This document shows, piece after piece, positions 25,607 to 32,000 of a stretch of DNA of 32,000 nucleotides; the first letter of the stretch is position 1, and each line of letters starts with the position of its first letter. The notes below the pieces were generated by a model that was given only the letters and a program-made list of their open reading frames with translations, had not been told where the DNA came from and did no database searches. Made by a program: the position numbers and the translations under genes. Origin of the DNA: Candidatus Altimarinota bacterium (GTDB lineage Bacteria; Patescibacteriota; Gracilibacteria; UBA1369); contig JBAZYK010000001.1 of assembly GCA_041659405.1 (NCBI GenBank), positions 1 to 32,000 of the forward strand, written 5' to 3'.

Positions 25607-27453
25607 GGGATATTAAATTCTAAGAAATATTTGGTGTATTCGTTTTCTTTACTTTCCAACCGGATTTTTGCGCCCCACTGTTCCACATAGAATTTTACCA
25701 TAAAAAGTCCCAATCCGGTTCCTTCAGTTTGCTGTAACACGGCGTTATGAGCTCTAAAGAACTTTGTAAATACCAGTTTTTGATCATTTTCCGGGATACC
25801 AATGCCGGTATCGGCAATAGTCAAAAGCAGTTTTTTCTTCCTGATAATAAAATCAATTTCGATTTGTCCTGCAACTTTATTGTACTTAACCGAGTTTGAA
25901 AGCAGATTGGAAATCACTTCTTTAAAATGTTTTGGATCAACCATTATTTCCGGAATAGGTTCTTTTGGCTGGTTAACAATAATCGCAATCTTGCGCATGT
26001 CTGCAAAATTTTCGATTTCTTTGATCTCTTCTTCGATTATTTTCAAAAGGTCTGTTGCCTCAGGAAAATCTTTACTTTTCCCTTCATCAATACTGGAAAC
26101 ATCCAATAATTCGTTAATCAGATTAATTAGTCTGATATTGCTTTCATACATTTGCTGCAGTTTTTCGGTAATTTCTGCCGGGATTTTTTCTTTTGAACCG
26201 GTAAGCATGATTTCCAAATTCCAGCGCATGCTACCGAGTGGTGTGCGAAGCTGGTGGGCTGCAAATGATAAAAACTCGTCCTTCATGCGTTGAATTTCTT
26301 TTTCCTTGGTGATATCGCGAATGGAAATAATTACGCCGGTAATTTTTGACTTCACAATAACTGCGCTTACGGTAACAGATATCTCGATTTTCTTTTTGTT
26401 TTTTGTTAGGAGATGGAACCGTTTATCATCAATAATATTTTGTCCTTTCTTTAAAGCAGAATAGACTGGAGACTCTTCTTTTGTTACCGGTGAGCCATTT
26501 TCCTGTTCCAAAACAAGACAATCAAAAATATCCTTATAGATAAGTTGCTTTTCCGTTTGCCCTAAAATATCCCGCATAGCCTGATTTATGAAAACTACTT
26601 TTGCTTTATCGTTAATCACCACCATGCCTTCGGCTAAACTGGTCAAGATGGCATAGCTTTGAGATTTTTCCTTCTCCAGTTTGATATTTATTTTTTGAAT
26701 TTCCTTCATTCTTAAGGAAATCTCGTTGGTTCTTTCCTGAATTTTCCCTTCAAGATCTTCATAAAAACCTTTTAATTTGAATGTCATTTCGTCAAAAGAT
26801 TGGCCCAATCTGCCAATTTCATCATTGGTATTCAGGTTGATTTTATGCTGTAAATCTCCCGCCCCAATCAATTTTGTTCCTTCGTAAAGTTTATTGATCG
26901 GCTCGGCAAGATTTCTACGGATGATAAAAGAAAAACTACCAATCAAAATGATAATCACTCCAATGGAAAGCAGAATAAGTGAGTTGGTTTTGGATTCGTA
27001 ATCACTTGCATCGATTTGCAAGGAATAACTGAGCTGCACTGCCATATCCTGTGATTTTACTATCTTATCAATAATGCTTTTTTTGGTAGATTCGATTGGG
27101 ATGTTTTTATCGGATTTTAATTGCAATAAAATAGTTTGAATGTCCCCAAGATTTTGGCGGATATTTTCAGCCGTTATTTGTGATTTTTGATTCGAAAAAT
27201 TTGCACTTAAAAGTTTGGAAACAGTGTTAAAATTGCTGTACCACTGCAATTCCGATTTTTCGGTTGGATTATTAAGAAAAGTATCCGTTATTTGCTGTAA
27301 CTGATTCATTCTTTGAACGATTTCGATTCCTCTTTTGCCTTCTTCATTGGCATTATTTGTATTAACAGCTGACCAAAACAGTATTAAGCCTATGATCAAG
27401 GCAATACTTAAAGTCAAAAGTGTACTGATTTGCAGTTTGGTTTTTATTTTCAT
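25603..27453 (-). CDS. Membrane sensor histidine kinase (HAMP-PAS-HisKA-HATPase)
   Basis: 616 aa; two TM segments, 'LYEGTKLIGAGDLQHKINLNTNDEIGRLGQSFDEM', 'FLSFAAHQLRTPLGSMRW', 'VISNLLSNSVKY', 'IADTGIGIPENDQKLVFTKFFRA...GTGLGLFMVK'. Confidence 0.95.
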   Translation of the reverse strand: MKIKTKLQISTLLTLSIALIIGLILFWSAVNTNNANEEGKRGIEIVQRMNQLQQITDTFLNNPTEKSELQWYSNFNTVSKLLSANFSNQKSQITAENIRQNLGDIQTILLQLKSDKNIPIESTKKSIIDKIVKSQDMAVQLSYSLQIDASDYESKTNSLILLSIGVIIILIGSFSFIIRRNLAEPINKLYEGTKLIGAGDLQHKINLNTNDEIGRLGQSFDEMTFKLKGFYEDLEGKIQERTNEISLRMKEIQKINIKLEKEKSQSYAILTSLAEGMVVINDKAKVVFINQAMRDILGQTEKQLIYKDIFDCLVLEQENGSPVTKEESPVYSALKKGQNIIDDKRFHLLTKNKKKIEISVTVSAVIVKSKITGVIISIRDITKEKEIQRMKDEFLSFAAHQLRTPLGSMRWNLEIMLTGSKEKIPAEITEKLQQMYESNIRLINLINELLDVSSIDEGKSKDFPEATDLLKIIEEEIKEIENFADMRKIAIIVNQPKEPIPEIMVDPKHFKEVISNLLSNSVKYNKVAGQIEIDFIIRKKKLLLTIADTGIGIPENDQKLVFTKFFRAHNAVLQQTEGTGLGLFMVKFYVEQWGAKIRLESKENEYTKYFLEFNIP

Positions 27454-27521
27454 AGTGAGGATTAGTTCTTCACATTATACCTTAAATATGCTAAAATATA
27501 AAGATTTAAATAAATAGTCAA

Positions 27522-29192
27522 ATGACTGAATTCACAAAAAAACTCCTGGATTTCCTGCTCAAAGGCCATTTAATCACTCAAATTCAAATTGATGAATTGA
27601 GTAAAGAGGCTGAAACAAAGCCGATTGAGGTTGTTTTAAGAGAGAAGGAAATTTTAAATGATTCTCAGCTTGGACAAATAATCGCCGACTTAAAAAACTG
27701 GCGTTATGTTGATCTGGATCGCGTTTTGATTGATAAGACCGCCCTTAATCTTATTCCGGAAGATTTTGCAAAAGCGCAAAATGTGATTTGTTTTGGCAAA
27801 GAAGATGAAAAAATCAAAATTGCTTTGGGTAATCCCGATGACACGGTTTTGATCCATCTGTTGCAGAAAACCCTGAATGCGCCGTTGATGGTTTATTATT
27901 CCACACCGGCTGTTATTCAAAAAAGCTTATATTCTTATCAAAAAGAGCTTCAAAGCACGTTTGAAAGGCTAATTCAGGAACATTTAAAAGAAGCCGCTTT
28001 TAGCGATACACAGGATAGCGCCGTGGTTAAAATTGTGGATTTGGTGCTGCTGGACGGTTACAAGAAGAAAGCTTCGGATATTCACGTTGAGCCTCAGTAT
28101 GATCACACTTTAGTGCGTTTCCGTCTTGATGGAGTTATGCATGATATTATTAATATCCCAAAAAATATTCATGACTCAATAATTACCAGAATTAAAGTTT
28201 TGTCACAGCTGCGTACCGATGAACATCAGGCGCCGCAGGATGGCAAATTTGAGTATTTTTTTGAAAATGAACCGGTTGATATCCGCGTTTCCATCCTGCC
28301 AACAACCAATGGTGAAAATCTGGTAATGCGTTTACTTTCTGAAAAATCCCGTCGATTTTCTTTGGAAGATCTTGGTTTTTCCGAACGGGACTATGGCATT
28401 TTGCGGGAAAATATTAAAAAGCCATGGGGTATGATTTTGGCTACAGGGCCAACCGGTGCAGGTAAAACCACGACTCTGTATGCAATTTTAAAAATCTTAA
28501 ATAAAAGGGAAGTAAATATTGCGACGATTGAAGATCCGGTTGAATACACGATGGATAATGTCACCCAAATTCAGGTTAATCCCCGTGCAAATCTTACTTT
28601 TGCCGCAGGGCTTCGTTCTTTGGTTCGTCAGGATCCAAATATTATTATGGTTGGAGAAATTCGTGATGAAGAAACCGCTTCTATAGCCGTTAATTCGGCC
28701 ATGACCGGACATTTGGTGCTTTCAAGTATTCATACCAACGATGCAGCCACGACTTTGCCACGTCTTTTGGATATGGGAATTCAGTCATTTTTGGTGGCAT
28801 CTACGGTAAACGTAGCTCTTGCCCAAAGGCTTTTGCGCGGAATTTGTAAAAACTGTATCACAAGTTTTGAAACTACGCCGGAAGAACTTAAAAAACGTGT
28901 CCCGGAAGAGATTGTAGAAAAAATATTCCAGGGGAAAGACAAATTAGTGCTTTATAAAGGCAAAGGTTGCGATGTTTGTCATCAAACCGGATACCTTGGC
29001 CGTATTGGTGTTTTTGAAGTATTGGAAATCAATGATGAAATTCGTGAACTTATTATTAAAAATGCCGCAGCGGATACCATTAAAAATCAGGCCATAAAAA
29101 ACGGCATGACCACTATGTTCGATGATGCGTTACAAAAAGTTCTTAGTGGACGAACAACCGTTGAAGAAATGCTTAGGGTGGTTAAACTTTAG
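27522..29192 (+). CDS. pilB: Type IV pilus assembly/type II secretion ATPase PilB/GspE
   Basis: 556 aa; Walker A 'ATGPTGAGKTTTLYAIL', 'QVNPRANLTFAAGLRSLVRQDPNIIMVGEIRDEETA', 'CKNC...CDVCHQTGYLGRIGVFEVL'. Confidence 0.95.
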   Translation: MTEFTKKLLDFLLKGHLITQIQIDELSKEAETKPIEVVLREKEILNDSQLGQIIADLKNWRYVDLDRVLIDKTALNLIPEDFAKAQNVICFGKEDEKIKIALGNPDDTVLIHLLQKTLNAPLMVYYSTPAVIQKSLYSYQKELQSTFERLIQEHLKEAAFSDTQDSAVVKIVDLVLLDGYKKKASDIHVEPQYDHTLVRFRLDGVMHDIINIPKNIHDSIITRIKVLSQLRTDEHQAPQDGKFEYFFENEPVDIRVSILPTTNGENLVMRLLSEKSRRFSLEDLGFSERDYGILRENIKKPWGMILATGPTGAGKTTTLYAILKILNKREVNIATIEDPVEYTMDNVTQIQVNPRANLTFAAGLRSLVRQDPNIIMVGEIRDEETASIAVNSAMTGHLVLSSIHTNDAATTLPRLLDMGIQSFLVASTVNVALAQRLLRGICKNCITSFETTPEELKKRVPEEIVEKIFQGKDKLVLYKGKGCDVCHQTGYLGRIGVFEVLEINDEIRELIIKNAAADTIKNQAIKNGMTTMFDDALQKVLSGRTTVEEMLRVVKL

Positions 29193-29220
29193 AATTTTCG
29201 TCCAATTTAAAATAAAAGTT

Positions 29221-30309
29221 ATGGTACCTGCAGTAAAGAAAAAAGGCTGGAACATGGAAATTTCACTTGGTGGAATCAGCGCAACCGAGTTGCTCTTTTT
29301 TACAAGGCATTTGTCTTTGGCTCTTAAAAGCGGATTAACGCTTTTTGAAACCCTGACCATGTTGCAAGACTTGGCATCAGGCAAGTTAAAACAGGTATTA
29401 ACCAAAATTATGTATCTTCTACAGGCCGGTGAAAGTTTTTATTCTTCTCTCTCTCATTATCCACAATATTTCTCTGCCCTATACCTAAATCTGGTTAAAA
29501 CAGGTGAACTTTCCGGAACTCTGGAAAAAAATCTGCAATATTTGGCTGAAAATCTGCAAAAGACCAGAGCGCTTAAGCAAAAGGTAAAATCAGCCATGAT
29601 TTATCCGGTTTTTATTTTAAGCGCGGTGATAGTTTTGGGTTTTGCAATGTCAATTCTGGTTTTGCCAAAAATTCTTCCACTTTTTAAAACTCTTGATGTT
29701 GAACTGCCGGCTACTACAAAGTTATTGATTTTTGTTACTGATATGATGAGTGCCCATGGCGCTTTCATTATTGGTGGATTTGTGGCTTTTGTGATCTTCA
29801 TGGCCTGGTTTTTGCGTCAAAATTTTGTAAAACCGGTTTCGCATTTTGTAATTTTAAAAATACCGGTTTTTGGTAAAATATCGCAAAATTTGAATTTGGA
29901 ACTTTTTACCCATACGTTAAGTACTTTGTTATTGAGTGGTATTCCTTTGGATAAAAGTTTAAAAATTACTGCCGACGCTACTGAAAATAGAGTTTATAGA
30001 GCTGCCATAAGCCATTTCGTGATTGCCATAGAAAAAGGCAATACCCTGGCCGAGTCTTTTGCATCATATCCAAAATTATTCCCTAAAATGTTTAAATACA
30101 TGATTGCCATGGGCGAAAGGACCGGAAGTTTGGATTCCACGCTTAAATATTTGAGCGACTTTTATGAATCGGAAGTGGATACAACCGTTAAAAATCTATC
30201 TACAATCATTGAACCGTTTTTGTTGATTTTCATTGGAGGCATTGTGGGTGTAGTTGCATTGTCTATTTTAGGTCCGATTTATTCGATTACCGGCGGAATC
30301 AAAAAATAA
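29221..30309 (+). CDS. pilC: Type II secretion/type IV pilus inner membrane protein PilC/GspF
   Basis: 'ELLFFTRHLSLALKSGLTLFETLTML...', 'MIYPVFILSAVIVLG', 'LHTLSTLLLSGIPLDKSLKI', 'FPKMFKYMIAMGERTGSLDSTLKYLSDFYESEVD'; ATG at 29221 preferred over the ORF start at 29122. Confidence 0.93.
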   Translation: MVPAVKKKGWNMEISLGGISATELLFFTRHLSLALKSGLTLFETLTMLQDLASGKLKQVLTKIMYLLQAGESFYSSLSHYPQYFSALYLNLVKTGELSGTLEKNLQYLAENLQKTRALKQKVKSAMIYPVFILSAVIVLGFAMSILVLPKILPLFKTLDVELPATTKLLIFVTDMMSAHGAFIIGGFVAFVIFMAWFLRQNFVKPVSHFVILKIPVFGKISQNLNLELFTHTLSTLLLSGIPLDKSLKITADATENRVYRAAISHFVIAIEKGNTLAESFASYPKLFPKMFKYMIAMGERTGSLDSTLKYLSDFYESEVDTTVKNLSTIIEPFLLIFIGGIVGVVALSILGPIYSITGGIKK

Positions 30310-30329
30310 TTAGTAATTAAGAATTAGGG

Positions 30330-30827
30330 ATGAGTAATTGTTTGATTAAACAAATAGCGAAAAAGAAAAAACGAAGCGGGTTTACGTTGTTTGAACTCAT
30401 CATTGTAATTGTTATTATTGTGATTATTGCGACAACCGGTTTTACGGTTAGTGCAGGCAGAATAATCAGCAATGATCTGACCACAAAAGTGCATGAAATC
30501 ACTTATAATTTGAAGCTGGCCCAAATGCGTTCAATAACCAGATATAAAGATGATACCTGGGGTTTGTATTTTAATGCGGCGGGTCGCACTTTTACCATTT
30601 ATAAAGGCGCAAGTTATGCCACCAGAACAACCGCCCATGATCTTGTGCTGAGCATCCCTACCGATTTATCGTTTGGCGCAATAACCTTAAATGGCGGCGG
30701 ATCGGAAATTGTTTTTGATAAATTGACCGGAAAAACCACAAAATATGGCACAATTGTGATCACGCCCAGCCAAGGCACGGCTTTAACAATTTCGGTAAAT
30801 GCGTTGGGGGTTGTAGATATTAATTAG
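30330..30827 (+). CDS. GspH/FimT-like pseudopilin
   Basis: 'KRSGFTLFELIIVIVIIVIIATTGFTVSAGRIISNDLTTKVHEITYNLKLAQMRSITR'. Confidence 0.85.
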   Translation: MSNCLIKQIAKKKKRSGFTLFELIIVIVIIVIIATTGFTVSAGRIISNDLTTKVHEITYNLKLAQMRSITRYKDDTWGLYFNAAGRTFTIYKGASYATRTTAHDLVLSIPTDLSFGAITLNGGGSEIVFDKLTGKTTKYGTIVITPSQGTALTISVNALGVVDIN

Positions 30828-30908
30828 ATTTTTAAAGGGATCAAGCTTTAAATTAGGCTTTTTTGACGAATTTATTTATGCTAAAGTCTGGCAGCATAAA
30901 GCTTTTTT

Positions 30909-31967
30909 ATGACTATTGTGGCTGAAAAATCAGGTAAGGAACCCGCTCCGCTTGCGGTACAAATGGGCACTTCCGTGGAAGCAGACTTGTTAAAAGAAAC
31001 CGACCGTCTTTTCCGGAAGCTGCAGCATGCCCATTTTACGCGTGAACAGTGTGCCCGCGTGGCTTTGCTCACTTTAGAGATTAACGCCCTCAAAAAGGCC
31101 AGAAACGCGGTAATTTTGGCTCATTCTTATCAGACTCCGGATATTCTTTTTGGAATCGCGGATTTCCAGGGGGATTCTTATCAACTCAGCAAAAAAGCGG
31201 CGGAAACTACAGCAGAGATGATTATTTTTTGTGGAGTGCGATTTATGGCAGAGACTGCCAAAATTTTAAATCCAAGTAAAACTGTTATTTTGCCTGCGGT
31301 AAAGGCCGGTTGTTCATTGGCCGATTCCATTACCGCGGATGATGTAAGGACTTTAAAAGCGCAGCACCCGGGCGTGCCGGTTGTTTGTTATGTAAATACA
31401 TCGGCGGAAGTTAAGGCTGAATCCGATGCCTGTTGCACTTCTGCCAATGCTTTAAAGATTGTTGAAGCTTTACCGGGTGATGAAGTTATTTTTATTCCCG
31501 ATGAATTCATGGCCAAAAATCTTCAGGCAAAAACCGGGAAAAAAATTATTTCCTGGAATGGAAAATGTATTGTGCACAAAGATTTTAAAGCTGCCAAAAT
31601 CGAGCAATTCCGTAAACTTTATCCCGGATTAAAAGTTTTTGCGCATACCGAATGTGCGCCTGAGGTAGCGTTATCTGCCGATTTGGCCTGTGGAACCGGC
31701 GACATGATTCGTGAAGTGACAAAAACCGATGCTCCCGCCTATATGCTGATAACCGAGTGCAGTTTTTCGGATCGCTTGCGGGTGGATTTTCCGGAGAAAA
31801 AATTTCTTGGTATGTGCGCACTTTGCCCTTACATGAAAATGAATACTTTGCCGGTAATTTTACAAACATTGCGTGATCCTAAGCCTGAACAGTTTATTGA
31901 AATTCCAGAAAATATACGTGTTGGCGCGGAAAAATCATTAAAAAAAATGTTCGAGATTGGTGCTTAA
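30909..31967 (+). CDS. nadA: Quinolinate synthase NadA
   Basis: 352 aa; 'INALKKARNAVILAHSYQTPDILFGIADFQGDSYQLSKKAAE', 'MIIFCGVRFMAETAKILNPSKTVILPAVKAGCSLADSI', 'VFAHTECAPEV', 'CALCPYMKMNTLPVIL'. Confidence 0.96.
   Translation: MTIVAEKSGKEPAPLAVQMGTSVEADLLKETDRLFRKLQHAHFTREQCARVALLTLEINALKKARNAVILAHSYQTPDILFGIADFQGDSYQLSKKAAETTAEMIIFCGVRFMAETAKILNPSKTVILPAVKAGCSLADSITADDVRTLKAQHPGVPVVCYVNTSAEVKAESDACCTSANALKIVEALPGDEVIFIPDEFMAKNLQAKTGKKIISWNGKCIVHKDFKAAKIEQFRKLYPGLKVFAHTECAPEVALSADLACGTGDMIREVTKTDAPAYMLITECSFSDRLRVDFPEKKFLGMCALCPYMKMNTLPVILQTLRDPKPEQFIEIPENIRVGAEKSLKKMFEIGA
30945..30978 (+). repeat. Dispersed short element, diverged copy inside the nadA 5' end
   Basis: gctccgcttgcggtacaaatgggcacttccgtgg; 23/29 identical by eye to gctacgctcgcggtggatataggcacttc in the 13749 copy. 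Confidence 0.5.
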
Positions 31968-32000
31968 TTTAATAGACAAAAATAACTTTAATTCTTCATG

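Noticed and set aside
25802-26293. 163-aa plus-strand ORF
   Set aside because: Antisense to the histidine kinase catalytic region; Ser/Ile-rich shadow ORF.
30845-30864. Weak terminator-like hairpin aagct...ggcttttttt before nadA
   Set aside because: Only a 5-bp AT-rich stem including a G-U pair; plausible but not strong enough to list as a feature.
1-32000. Search for CRISPR arrays, retron/DGR-like repeats or rRNA genes
   Set aside because: No regularly spaced 20-40 bp repeats, reverse transcriptase motifs (YxDD) or rRNA-like sequence seen; only the short repeats reported above.

Overview
This window looks like a chromosomal segment of a Patescibacteria/CPR-type bacterium. That taxonomic placement is my inference, from compact genes, type IV pilus genes and general gene style. 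The left end (about 1-4.4 kb) is accessory-like: an FMN nitroreductase, a C_GCAxxG_C_C redox protein, a peptidase S51 gene whose leader and 5' end are duplicated about 951 bp upstream and joined to unrelated sequence plus a GNAT gene, a class I methyltransferase, and a fused tandem 4-oxalocrotonate-tautomerase-like protein. The rest contains: two prepilin/pseudopilin clusters (4.5-6.9 kb, and 21.8-30.8 kb with a PilM-like protein, PilB/GspE, PilC/GspF, and a divergent response regulator/histidine kinase pair); an HNH endonuclease; RsmI with a His/Glu/Lys-rich heptad-repeat tail; TsaB; a 1117-aa secreted protein combining PGRP/amidase, Ig-like and SpoIID-like regions; thioredoxin; RNase HI; a small Lys/Ala-rich histone-H1-like protein; a class A PBP; an AbiEii/AbiEi pair in apparently reversed order; tRNA-Gly(CCC); an RlmI/RlmK-like methyltransferase; and NadA. 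I see no CRISPR array and no clearly new defence system. The observations most worth follow-up are: (1) a roughly 40-bp dispersed GC-rich palindrome-containing element (GAGCTCGCTACGCTCGCG...GCACTTCGTGC) found in intergenic DNA and apparently translated in-frame, in different frames, inside the N-termini of the PBP and NadA; (2) the 951-bp-spaced duplication with a chimeric S51 5' fragment; (3) the heptad-repeat RsmI tail; (4) the amidase/SpoIID fusion; (5) the reversed AbiE gene order; (6) a possible in-frame insertion in the RlmI-like methyltransferase. All family calls come from motif recognition by eye, with no database searches.
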